64,000 nucleotides of DNA from NCBI GenBank assembly GCA_002414865.1, contig DIAQ01000098.1, forward strand, positions 1,039-65,038, in the 5' to 3' direction. The notes beneath the pieces were generated by a model. It had not been told where the DNA came from. It was given only the letters and a program-made list of their open reading frames with translations, and searched no databases. Shown piece after piece: positions 50,903-59,753 of this stretch (the first letter of the stretch is position 1; the number at the start of each line of letters is the position of its first letter). The position numbers were made by a program, and so were the translations under genes. Source of the stretch: a candidate division Hyd24-12 bacterium UBA5074 (GTDB lineage: Bacteria; Fermentibacterota; Fermentibacteria; Fermentibacterales; Fermentibacteraceae).

Positions 50903-51247
50903 TCAGCGCTGCCGAGCCATCCCGTCGAGCTCCTCCCGGGCCTGCGGTACCATCGCGAGGAACTCCCCGATGGTCGGGCAGGCCTGGTAGTCCTCGCAGG
51001 CGCCGCAGCCCGCAACGCCCCTCGCCATGCCGCACATCCGGATGCCGCACTCTCCGCAATGCCCGATGTGCCTGCCCTCGACGACTGTGCAGCCCACGCA
51101 GTCGATCTCCGAAGGCGGGATGTCGGAGGAGTACATCTTCGACCACTCCTCAGCGGTCCTGGCCCTCAGCTCGTCATCACCTGTCAGCCTCGCCACGTAT
51201 GCGGGACACTCCGAGCAGACCAGACCGCAGTACGAAACCAGCTTCAT
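50903..51247 (-). CDS. DUF3795-like cysteine-rich small protein
   Basis: 114 aa from MKLVSYCGLVCSECPAY with several CxxC pairs. ATG overlaps the MATE stop (ATGA). The upstream part of the track ORF is Arg/Gly junk. Confidence 0.6.
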   Translation of the reverse strand: MKLVSYCGLVCSECPAYVARLTGDDELRARTAEEWSKMYSSDIPPSEIDCVGCTVVEGRHIGHCGECGIRMCGMARGVAGCGACEDYQACPTIGEFLAMVPQAREELDGMARQR

Positions 51248-52611
51248 GCCTCTCCCCCTTCCTCCGCCGCCGGACGTCTCACGACGGCGACGGCCCTGCC
51301 CTTCCATCTTCCTCCCGAGTAGTAGATCGCCGCGGCGGCGCACCCCACGACCCAGCCCGCGGGGATCGAGAACCAGATCCCGTCCGTCCCTGCGAACGAG
51401 GAGAACCAGAGGGCACAGGGTATCCGGACGACCCACAGGGCGAGGATGGTGTTGAGAAGAGGAGCCATCGCCTCGCCCGCCCCTCTCAGGACGCCGTTGA
51501 CGACGAACATGGAGGAGAAGACCATGTAGAATATGCCTACGATCAGGAGATAGTGCTCACCGATCCTCACCACCTCAGGATCTCCGTTGAACAGCCCCAT
51601 GAGGGGCCTCGCGAAGAGGATGACCCCCAGGCTCGTCAGCCCCGAGATCACGAGGGACATGATCAGACCTGCCCGCAGGCCTCTCCGCACCCTTTCGACC
51701 CTCCCCGCCCCGATGTTCTGACCCGTGAATGTGGACATCGCCTGGCTGATGTTCATGGCCGGCATCATGGCGAAGGAGTCGAGCCGCCCGGCTGCGGTGT
51801 AGGCAGCCAGGGCATCCGTTCCGAACCCCCCCACGATCCTGGTGAGGACCATCAGACCCGAGGCCACCAGGGTCTGCTGGAGTCCTGTGGGCAGCCCGAT
51901 GCGCATGGAGTGCCCGAAGATCTCCCTGTCGAAGCGGAGCTCGGAGAGGGAGAGCCTGACAAACCTGTTGCGCCGGTTCAGGAACAGGACGGCGCCCGCG
52001 AAGGAGGCGGCCTGGGAGATCACGGTGGCCCAGGCCGCTCCGGCCACGCCCCAGGAGAACACGACGACGAAGAGCAGGTCGAGGACGACGTTCAGCAGAG
52101 TTGCGAACACCAGGAGGTACAGGGGGGTCCTGGAATCTCCCAGACCCCTGAGGATGGCCGCCACGGCGTTGTATCCGAAGGCGGCGATCGTCCCGGTGAA
52201 GAGGATGTGCAGGTACGTCACCGCCTGCGGCATGGCTTCCGGAGGCACGGCGAGCATCCTCAGTATCGCGCCCGTGGTCAGGTACCCAACAGCCGTCACC
52301 GCGAGGGCCGCCCAGAACAGGAAGATGAAGGCCGTATCCGCGGTGGCCCTTATCCTGGCGGAGTCCCTGGCTCCGAAGAACTGGGCGACCAGGACGGTGG
52401 TACCCATCGTGACGCCCATGATGAGGGCGACCATCAGGAAGAGCACCGAGAAGGACGCGCCGACCGCCGCGAGGGCCGTCTTGCCCAGGAAGTTGCCCAC
52501 CACGATGCTGTCCACCATGTTGTAGAATTGCTGGAAGACGTTGCCCAGCAACATGGGAAGGGTGAAGAACAGGATGCCCCTCGCCTCGCTCCCGCTCGTG
52601 AGGTCGGTCAA
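51244..52611 (-). CDS. MATE family efflux transporter
   Basis: 12-TM MATE (NorM/DinF-like). The track ORF N-terminus is Ser/Trp/Arg-rich. A TTG about 18 codons before the conserved ILFFTLPMLLGN is the probable start; exact coordinate ±1. Confidence 0.75.
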   Translation of the reverse strand: MTDLTSGSEARGILFFTLPMLLGNVFQQFYNMVDSIVVGNFLGKTALAAVGASFSVLFLMVALIMGVTMGTTVLVAQFFGARDSARIRATADTAFIFLFWAALAVTAVGYLTTGAILRMLAVPPEAMPQAVTYLHILFTGTIAAFGYNAVAAILRGLGDSRTPLYLLVFATLLNVVLDLLFVVVFSWGVAGAAWATVISQAASFAGAVLFLNRRNRFVRLSLSELRFDREIFGHSMRIGLPTGLQQTLVASGLMVLTRIVGGFGTDALAAYTAAGRLDSFAMMPAMNISQAMSTFTGQNIGAGRVERVRRGLRAGLIMSLVISGLTSLGVILFARPLMGLFNGDPEVVRIGEHYLLIVGIFYMVFSSMFVVNGVLRGAGEAMAPLLNTILALWVVRIPCALWFSSFAGTDGIWFSIPAGWVVGCAAAAIYYSGGRWKGRAVAVVRRPAAEEGGEA

Positions 52612-52642
52612 ATCCCGGAGGCCGTGTCGGGGGATGACTCCG

Positions 52643-52876
52643 CTACTCCCCGCCTCCGCAGCAGGAGCAGCCGGATCTCCTCCTGAGCATGCCGCCGACC
52701 AGGACCAGGACGATGCCACCCACCAGTATCGCTGCCGCCCCCGGAACCGTGGTCGGAAGCGAGATGCCGGCATAGGCGACGCTGAACCTGCCGGAGATGA
52801 CGCCTGCAAGGCTTGCTGCGCCTGCTATCACGCCCGCCCATCCCAGCCACTGGACCAGTCCCGTGACGAAGCTCAT
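52643..52876 (-). CDS. Small two-TM membrane protein with C-terminal CSCCGGGE tail
   Basis: 77-aa ORF just upstream of the MATE gene. Two hydrophobic helices, then RRRSGCSCCGGGE. Confidence 0.35.
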   Translation of the reverse strand: MSFVTGLVQWLGWAGVIAGAASLAGVISGRFSVAYAGISLPTTVPGAAAILVGGIVLVLVGGMLRRRSGCSCCGGGE

Positions 52877-52898
52877 GCCGCACCTCCGGAGATGGAAA

Positions 52899-54059
52899 TC
52901 AGTTTCCCGACCCGCCTGTGAGGATCCTGGACGCTTCCCTCAGCTTCTCTCTCACAGGCAGGCGCTGCGGGCACCTGCTCTCGCACAGGCCGCAACCCGT
53001 GCACCTGTCGGCCCGGGCCTCGGGCTTGAGGGAGCTGTTGTAGTCCATCCCCGGGATGCCCGATCCGGGGAACATGCAGGCCTCGTTGTAGATCATGAAT
53101 ATCCTGGGAATGGACACTCCGGCCGGGCACGGCATGCAGTAGCCGCACTTCGTGCAGCCCACGCCGTGGAGGGATCTGTACGCCCTCTGGACACCGCCGA
53201 CGGCCTTCAGGGCGGAGGCTGTCAGCGTGCCCGGGAGGACTGCCGAGGCCACCCCGGCGTTCTCGTCCAGCTGGACCCGTGTGTTCATGCCGCTCAGCAC
53301 GGTCGAGACGCCCGGCTGATCGAGCACCCAGGACAGGCACCACCCGGCGGCGCTCCTGGCCCTGCCTGCGCGCTTCCATGCGGTCTCGACGGATTCCGGC
53401 AGGCCTCCCGTCAGATCCCCTCCCCTGAGGGGCTCCATGACGACGACTCCCAGTCCCTTTCCGGCGGCGTACTCCAGCCCGGTCCTGCCGGCCTGCTCGT
53501 TCTCGTCGACGATGTTGTACTGGATCTGGCAGAAATCCCATCCATAGGCGTCGACTATGGGAGCGAACGCGGCGGGCTTGTCATGGAAGGAAAACCCCGC
53601 GAAGGAGATACGCCCATCCTTCTTCAGGCTGTCGAGGAATTCGAGGACCCCGAGATCGCATACCCGTGCGAAGGACGACTCGTTGAGGGCGTGAAGGAGG
53701 TAGAAGTCGACGTGCTCCACACCGAGCCTCGAGAGCTGCACCGAGAAGAGCCGTTCGAAGGAGGTCCTGCGCCTCGCCAGCCAGACGGGCAGCTTCGTCG
53801 CGATGTGGAGCCCCTTGCGTGACCCCGCTGCGCGGAGGAACTCGCCGACGACGGATTCGCTCTTGCCTCCCATATAGTTGTATGCGGTGTCGAAATAGTT
53901 GACGCCCGCGTCCCGGGCTGCCATGAGGAGCGAGATAGCGGCTCCCGTGTCGAACCTGGGACCCCAGGTGGGTCTGCCCCTCCTGTTGAGGAATCGCATG
54001 CAGCCGAAGCCGAGCGCGGAGACGGAGACTCCCGTCCTGCCCATGGTTCTGTAAAGCAT
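52899..54059 (-). CDS. Aldo/keto reductase with C-terminal 4Fe-4S ferredoxin domain (COG1453-type)
   Basis: AKR TIM-barrel N-terminus (GFGCMRF, FDTAYNYMGG). Two Cys clusters (CTKCGYCMPCP, CTGCGLCESRCP). Confidence 0.85.
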   Translation of the reverse strand: MLYRTMGRTGVSVSALGFGCMRFLNRRGRPTWGPRFDTGAAISLLMAARDAGVNYFDTAYNYMGGKSESVVGEFLRAAGSRKGLHIATKLPVWLARRRTSFERLFSVQLSRLGVEHVDFYLLHALNESSFARVCDLGVLEFLDSLKKDGRISFAGFSFHDKPAAFAPIVDAYGWDFCQIQYNIVDENEQAGRTGLEYAAGKGLGVVVMEPLRGGDLTGGLPESVETAWKRAGRARSAAGWCLSWVLDQPGVSTVLSGMNTRVQLDENAGVASAVLPGTLTASALKAVGGVQRAYRSLHGVGCTKCGYCMPCPAGVSIPRIFMIYNEACMFPGSGIPGMDYNSSLKPEARADRCTGCGLCESRCPQRLPVREKLREASRILTGGSGN

Positions 54060-54114
54060 GGCCGGAACATGGGGCAGCCCGGGGGCGGGTGCAATCCCGC
54101 CTCCGGGGAGCCCG

Positions 54115-54453
54115 TCAGCGCTGGAATCCGGGGATGTCGGCGGGCACGGGGAGCGAGAGCTCGACGAAGCCTCTGAAGATCCCGTCCTCGAACAGCGGAC
54201 TCTGGTAGATCAGCTTCCTCCGCCCGTCCCTGAGGATGAAGTAGGCGTTGGGAACCTTCCGCTCGTATAGCTCTCTGACCTTCGCCAGGGCGCGGGGCGG
54301 GTGACAGTCGAAGACACTGGTACCGATCAGAGAAGCTCCTCCGCTGGAGGCGAAGGTCTCCTGCGATATCCCGTTCATGTAGACCACGGTCCCGGCTTCG
54401 TCGCAGACCGTCACCGCAAAGGACGCGAGGTCTGCCCACTCATCGATCATCAT
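54115..54453 (-). CDS. Small PAS-like domain protein
   Basis: About 112 aa from MMIDEW with PAS-like core (VTVCDEAGTVVYMNG...LIGTSVFDCH). The track ORF N-terminus is an Arg/Cys-rich extension. Confidence 0.45.
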   Translation of the reverse strand: MMIDEWADLASFAVTVCDEAGTVVYMNGISQETFASSGGASLIGTSVFDCHPPRALAKVRELYERKVPNAYFILRDGRRKLIYQSPLFEDGIFRGFVELSLPVPADIPGFQR

Positions 54454-55132
54454 CTGCAGCCCCTCCTCCGCACGGCAGAGTGCCTGCCCTGGACATCTCC
54501 AGCACCTCGGTGAAGCTGGCCGGCGGAGGGCACTCGAGGCGCAGCACGGTTCCTCCCGGCGCCTCCACCGTAAGCACGAATGCATGGAGCATCATCCGGG
54601 GAAGGAGGATCTGGGACGACCTGCAGCCGTACCTCCTGTCTCCGGCGATGGGATGCCCCGAAGCGTACAGGTGGGCTCTTATCTGATGCCTCCTCCCCGT
54701 GCGCGGGCGGACGGCGAGGAGCGAGTGGCTTTCGTGCCGTTCCAGGACCTCGTAGTCGGTCACCGACGGCTTTCCCCCCGGGATGTCCACCGCCACCCTC
54801 CCCGATCCGAAGACCCGCAGAGGCAGGTCGATCGTCCCCCTGTCCTCACGGGGCCTTCCGAGCACGAGTGCGAGGTAGACCTTCGACGCCGTGCCGTGCT
54901 CGAACTGCATCGACAGCAGCCTGTGGGCATCGGGGGTCCTCGCGAACACGACAAGCCCGCTGGTGTCCGCGTCGATCCTGTGAACCACGAACAGCCTGCA
55001 GGCCGTCTCCTGCTCCAGGACCCTGCGGAGGTCCTCCCTGCCGGGAGACCTGTCGGGGATGACCGGCATCCCCTCGGGCTTGGAGGCTGCGATCAACTCG
55101 GCGCTGTCGTAAAGTATCCGGGCAGTCCCCAA
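54440..55132 (-). CDS. RluA family pseudouridine synthase
   Basis: HRIDADTSGLVVFA catalytic Asp motif and GRRHQIRAHL. Confidence 0.85.
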   Translation of the reverse strand: MGTARILYDSAELIAASKPEGMPVIPDRSPGREDLRRVLEQETACRLFVVHRIDADTSGLVVFARTPDAHRLLSMQFEHGTASKVYLALVLGRPREDRGTIDLPLRVFGSGRVAVDIPGGKPSVTDYEVLERHESHSLLAVRPRTGRRHQIRAHLYASGHPIAGDRRYGCRSSQILLPRMMLHAFVLTVEAPGGTVLRLECPPPASFTEVLEMSRAGTLPCGGGAADDDR

Positions 55133-55305
55133 TGAGCCTCCATCGTTCCCCGGCGGTGCCGGCCAAAAACGTTGCGCAGGCCGGTAACATGTCTATCGTG
55201 GTCGACAGGCGCATATTCCGCCTGCCGTCCGGGCCGCGCCGTCGCCCGGCGCGGCGGTGACGAAGGCCTTTCGGGGCGGGGCGCCCCTTCGGAGGATGAC
55301 TGCCG

Positions 55306-55746
55306 ATGATACCGGCCATTCTGCTCGCGCTGCCCCCGGCTGCCGATGCAGGAGCCATCGGGGGGGATCTCTGGATGTTCGATGCGGACATCCGCCAGGC
55401 AGGCCAGGAGCCCTGGATGGAGGAGGTCCTGGTGGTCTTCAGGGCCGAGGACTACTTCGTGGGCATCGCTCCTCGGGAGTCGGCGGAGGCTTCGTACTCC
55501 GCGACGCTCCTCGCTGAAGGCCCGATCGATCTGGAGGCCTGCAGGCTGGTCCACCTGAGGCCCGGAGCGGAGCCGCCCCCGGATATGCCCGGGAGGACGA
55601 TCCTGGCCAGGGGCTCCATCGTCATCCTGCGCCTGCCGGAGCCGACGGACGGACCGGTCGGGATGGAAGGGGTCTTCTTCGTCCAGCCCCTGAGGGTCTA
55701 CCGCGTCAGGCCGGTCTCTCCAGCGGGTCCGGACGGAGGCGGCTGA
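55306..55746 (+). CDS. Hypothetical secreted protein (lone plus-strand ORF in a minus-strand run)
   Basis: 146 aa. N-terminal hydrophobic signal (MIPAILLALPPAADA). Balanced composition, unlike the Arg-rich antisense ORFs around it. Confidence 0.4.
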   Translation: MIPAILLALPPAADAGAIGGDLWMFDADIRQAGQEPWMEEVLVVFRAEDYFVGIAPRESAEASYSATLLAEGPIDLEACRLVHLRPGAEPPPDMPGRTILARGSIVILRLPEPTDGPVGMEGVFFVQPLRVYRVRPVSPAGPDGGG

Positions 55747-55871
55747 GACGGCATGGTCGAGGACATCGTGCCCTCGGGCAGCGAGGACGGCGTCTGGGCG
55801 ACCACACCGGGTGCCGACGGAAACGGGGGCGGACCGGCGCAAGGTGCCGGGGAGCTGGGCGAGGGAGGCCG

Positions 55872-57593
55872 CTAGATGACCACCAGCCTCGCCGAGAACA
55901 TGCCCGCGGCCGTGTTCAGCCTCACCAGATAGACTCCCGCGGCCGGTCTTCCCCGGCCGTCCCCCGCCCAGCCGAAGGAGTGCGGCCCGGGCTCCAGCGT
56001 GCCCGAGAAGACGATATCCACAAGCCTCCCGGAGAGGTCGTAGATCTCCAGGGTGGCCCGCCCCGCGGAATCCGTCGCGAAGTCGAGCGAGACGCTCCCT
56101 GCGGAAGGGTTGGGGCACACCGAGAGCCGGCAGGCCGCCTCTCCTTCAGCGCCCGTCCCGGTGGTCGGACCCAGCCAGCCGTTGAGGCTGACCCCCTGCG
56201 CATAGATCCCGTAGTCGTTCCTGTAGTCGCACCAGGCATAGAGAGCGCTCTGACCCGTGCCCTCGCACAGGACGAGATCGTCCTTGCCCCCGAGGCTCGC
56301 AGCCGAGAGCGTGACCGGACCCCAGTCGAGCACTCCGTCGCTGCCGAGCCTCATGGAGCGGACCGAGGTCCCTGAAGCCCCGCGGAAGAATCCGACATAG
56401 ACTCCTTCGGCATCCGCGAGCGCCCTGACGAAGGATATCTGCTGAGACCCCAGAGGCACGAGCTGGAGGCCGGCATCGGTCCACTGCCTCGCGCCGGATG
56501 CAGAGAAACTCTGGCCGTAGACGCCGTACTGATCCTGGTTGTCGTTCTCCTCGACCCAGAAGACCACCGTCTGGTCCTGATCCGGGAAGTACGCGGCGGA
56601 GGGGTACATGTGCAGCCGGTTGCTCGTGTTGGTCGATGCCTGCGCCCCGTTCATGGGGAACAGCATGTCCCCGGACGCGTCCATGTGCTGCACCCAGACC
56701 TCGAAGGTCGAGAGGTCGACCGCGTCGTACCAGCTGCAGACCGCTCCGCCCTCGCCGTCGGACAGCACCTCCGGGTTGGTCCATGCCGAGATGTGGCCCG
56801 AATCGTAGATGAGCACGGGCGATCCTCCCCATGCCCAGCTCCCGGACGGATCCAGCATGCCTGTGTACAGGTGGGTGACCGGATACGGGAAGTTCCCGGT
56901 CGAGCTCTTCCAGAGCAGGATGGCATTGTCCCCCGAGGCGGGCGCAAGGCGCGGGAGTGTGAGGTTGCGGACCGGGTCGTCGAGGATGATGCCGTCCTCC
57001 CCCCACAGCTTGTCGCCGTCCGGCGACAGCTTCTGGAGGACGATCGTGTAGTCGGTGCCGGACTTCCCCCAGGCGATCACGGCGTTGCCGCTCTCTGTCA
57101 CGGCGACGGACGGGGCTGCCTCGAGGCTCGGCTCCGAGGTGTCGGAGAGGCTTACGCCGTCCGGGCCCCACAGGAACGTGCCGTCGCTACCGATCTTGTA
57201 CGCGGAGATGTCGAACTCACCCGCGGTGTGGCGCGAGTCCGCGAACGCTATCACCGCGTTGTCCGAGGCGTCCACCGCCATGTCGTAGTCGACGAGCCAG
57301 GACTCCTGCGGGTGGCTGCTGACCAGCAGCCCGTCGACAGCGAACATCTTGTTCCCCTGGGCATCCAGGCGCTGCAGATACAGACAGTAGCTTCCGCTGC
57401 GCGAATCGAACCACGAGATGAAGCAGCCGCCGTCCGAGGTGGCCGCCATCTTGGGCGTGCATTGCTCGCCTGTGAGATCACAGATCTGGAGATTCTGAAG
57501 GGAGTCGGCGCCCCATTGCGCCGATACGGCAGACGGCAGGAGCAGAAGGAGGACACCGATAGCTATGGGCACCATCCTTTTGGACATACTCAC
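55872..57593 (-). CDS. Secreted repeat/beta-propeller-like protein with T9SS C-terminal sorting domain
   Basis: Signal peptide. C-terminal about 80 aa matches the Por/T9SS CTD pattern (CPNPSAGSVSLDF...LEIYDLSGRLV...AGVYLVRL...ARLVVI). Confidence 0.8.
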   Translation of the reverse strand: MSMSKRMVPIAIGVLLLLLPSAVSAQWGADSLQNLQICDLTGEQCTPKMAATSDGGCFISWFDSRSGSYCLYLQRLDAQGNKMFAVDGLLVSSHPQESWLVDYDMAVDASDNAVIAFADSRHTAGEFDISAYKIGSDGTFLWGPDGVSLSDTSEPSLEAAPSVAVTESGNAVIAWGKSGTDYTIVLQKLSPDGDKLWGEDGIILDDPVRNLTLPRLAPASGDNAILLWKSSTGNFPYPVTHLYTGMLDPSGSWAWGGSPVLIYDSGHISAWTNPEVLSDGEGGAVCSWYDAVDLSTFEVWVQHMDASGDMLFPMNGAQASTNTSNRLHMYPSAAYFPDQDQTVVFWVEENDNQDQYGVYGQSFSASGARQWTDAGLQLVPLGSQQISFVRALADAEGVYVGFFRGASGTSVRSMRLGSDGVLDWGPVTLSAASLGGKDDLVLCEGTGQSALYAWCDYRNDYGIYAQGVSLNGWLGPTTGTGAEGEAACRLSVCPNPSAGSVSLDFATDSAGRATLEIYDLSGRLVDIVFSGTLEPGPHSFGWAGDGRGRPAAGVYLVRLNTAAGMFSARLVVI

Positions 57594-57753
57594 TCGCTCT
57601 CCGCGTCCCCTCAGGGGCGCAAGCGCAACCCCCTGTCCCGGGGCGGCCCCGCCGCCGCAGGACTCCGTGGTGTCAATCTGGGTCCCGGCCGCCGCCGGGG
57701 CAAGTGCCCCCTTCCGGAGCTGCCCGACCGGGAGCGCGGGCTGGATCAGGCCT

Positions 57754-58806
57754 TCAGGGGAGCCCCGGGGCCGAGAACAGGTGCGCTTCCTCTAGGAAGG
57801 CGGTGAGGAGCTCGATCGCAGTCTCCACGTCGTGTCGATGGATGACCGCGCCAGGGCCGTGTCCATACCTTGTCGGGATGGATATGCAGGCGGCGTGGGG
57901 ACCGGCGCCCCACCGCTGGATGACCGAGGTGTCCGTGCCGCCCGCGAGGAGTATCTCCATCTGGTGGTCGATGCCCCGCTTCTCCGCCATGCCCCTGAGG
58001 AACTCCACGAGCTCCGGCGAGCTGATGACGGAGCCGTCCATGAACTTCACTGCGGCCCCCCCGCCGAGGGGACAGATCTTCAGCCTGGGGGGATGGTCGG
58101 GGATGTCTCCGGCCCCTGTGACGTCCAGCGCGATGGCCAGGTCGGGTTTCACGTCCATGGCGGCCACGGTCGCACCGCGCAGGCCTACCTCCTCCTGGGA
58201 GGTGCCGACTGCGTACACGTCGATGGCGGGATTGCGATAGCGCCTGAACGCCTCGGCCATCACGAACACGCCGACCCGGTCGTCGAACGCCTTCGCCAGG
58301 AAGCAGTCCCCCATCTCGGCGAAGGGCGTGGCCATCGAGACCCAGTCACCCCGGGAGATCTTCGCCCTGGCGTCCTCCGACTGCATGCCCGTGTCGATGT
58401 AGATCTCGTCGAGCCTGGTCTGGCGGTTGACGTGCTCGGGCAGCCATGCCGCCCTGCGCTGAACCACTCCGGGGATCACGGCGCCCTGGCGGGTGTGGAT
58501 CCTCACGGAGTGCCCGATGATGTTCTCGGCAGCCCAACCGCCTATGGGCGCGAGCGAGATGAATCCGGCGTCGTCGATGTTGAACACGAGGAAGCCGATC
58601 TCGTCCATATGTGCGGCGAGCATCACTTTGCGTATGCCTTCGCCACCCTTGCGCACCGCCGTGAAGTTCTTCACCGCGTCGACGCGGGTCTCGTCCGCCA
58701 GACCGCCGATCTCCTCCTTCAGCAGGGAGATGACGCCATCCTCGCGGCCGGACACGCCGTCGACCTCGCAGAGCCTCTTCAGCAGCCCGGTGTTCAGCTC
58801 ACCCAT
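57754..58806 (-). CDS. M42 family metallopeptidase (glutamyl aminopeptidase / FrvX-like)
   Basis: 350 aa from MGELNTGLLK. M42 metal-binding motifs (AHMDEIG, GTSQEEVGLRGA). The track ORF upstream part is an out-of-frame extension. Confidence 0.85.
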   Translation of the reverse strand: MGELNTGLLKRLCEVDGVSGREDGVISLLKEEIGGLADETRVDAVKNFTAVRKGGEGIRKVMLAAHMDEIGFLVFNIDDAGFISLAPIGGWAAENIIGHSVRIHTRQGAVIPGVVQRRAAWLPEHVNRQTRLDEIYIDTGMQSEDARAKISRGDWVSMATPFAEMGDCFLAKAFDDRVGVFVMAEAFRRYRNPAIDVYAVGTSQEEVGLRGATVAAMDVKPDLAIALDVTGAGDIPDHPPRLKICPLGGGAAVKFMDGSVISSPELVEFLRGMAEKRGIDHQMEILLAGGTDTSVIQRWGAGPHAACISIPTRYGHGPGAVIHRHDVETAIELLTAFLEEAHLFSAPGLP

Positions 58807-58814
58807 CGCAGTGC

Positions 58815-59753
58815 TCACCTTCCGTCGCGCGGTGCGATCCATTCGAAGCCGGCGGCCTCCAGGCAGCACCCCGCCCTCGCGCCGGCGAAATCCATGCTTC
58901 CGGTGACCGCCTCGCAGGCTTCCAGGGGTGTCAGTCCCTTCTCGAGGATCAGATCGAGGTACAGGATCTCGAGTATCCCGCTCGCCGCCCAGTCGACGCT
59001 GTTCCGGTAGCCGGACACCACGAATCCCTCCGGCCAGTCCCTCCTGGAGGAGGCGATGGTCCGCGGGATGTCCCCCGCCATCATCAGGCATGACGAGAAG
59101 TGGATCATGGCGAGGTTCCTGCAGGGCTCGAGAGCGTCGAGCAGCTCCTGCCGCCCTATCGTGCCCTCGGCCACGGCCACGCCCTCGCTCGACGCATGGG
59201 ATGAGACCAGCAGGCAGACGGTGCCGGGGAGCATGGCCGTCTCGGCGCAGAAGAGCTCGAGGTCGGACGAGTCGTGGATGAACCTCTGCCTGACTTCGAC
59301 GCCCTCGACCCGGCTGAACCAGGCTTCCAGCATCTCGCCGAACGAATACTCCTGCTCGTCGAGGCCTGACTGCCACTCGGCCTCGAGAACCACCAGCCAC
59401 TTCGTCGAGCTCCCGGAACCCGACCGGAATCCCTCCCACGAGCTCCACGAGGAGGAGCCCTCGGCCCTCCACATGCCGCTGAAGCTGTTCCCGTCCGGCG
59501 AGAGCTCGAACCATCCCTCGCCCCTCGCGGACGGTTCCTCGTATTCGAAGACGAGACGCCCCTCGGGGTTCGTCCTCCCCCTGACCGTGCAGAGCCCGCC
59601 CATCGTGTAGTAGCCCTGGACGGTGCCGCCCACCTCCTGGACGAGGTTCAGGCTGCCGTAGGTGGTCTCCCAGAGGCCGGTGAAGTCGGGTGCGGATTCC
59701 GCGGAGAAGGCCGCAGGGGCGAGACACAGCAGCGCCAGGCGGGCGAATCTCAT
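58815..59753 (-). CDS. Secreted hypothetical protein
   Basis: Signal peptide MRFARLALLCLAPAAFSA. 312 aa, Trp-rich. ATG overlaps the alaS stop (ATGA). Confidence 0.6.
   Translation of the reverse strand: MRFARLALLCLAPAAFSAESAPDFTGLWETTYGSLNLVQEVGGTVQGYYTMGGLCTVRGRTNPEGRLVFEYEEPSARGEGWFELSPDGNSFSGMWRAEGSSSWSSWEGFRSGSGSSTKWLVVLEAEWQSGLDEQEYSFGEMLEAWFSRVEGVEVRQRFIHDSSDLELFCAETAMLPGTVCLLVSSHASSEGVAVAEGTIGRQELLDALEPCRNLAMIHFSSCLMMAGDIPRTIASSRRDWPEGFVVSGYRNSVDWAASGILEILYLDLILEKGLTPLEACEAVTGSMDFAGARAGCCLEAAGFEWIAPRDGR

Noticed and set aside
50842-52686. 614-aa plus-strand ORF
   Set aside because: Antisense to the DUF3795 and MATE genes. Arg/Pro/Gly-rich, no motifs.
55093-56118. 341-aa minus-strand ORF
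   Set aside because: Arg-rich, overlaps the 5' part of the well-supported T9SS cargo gene in another frame.
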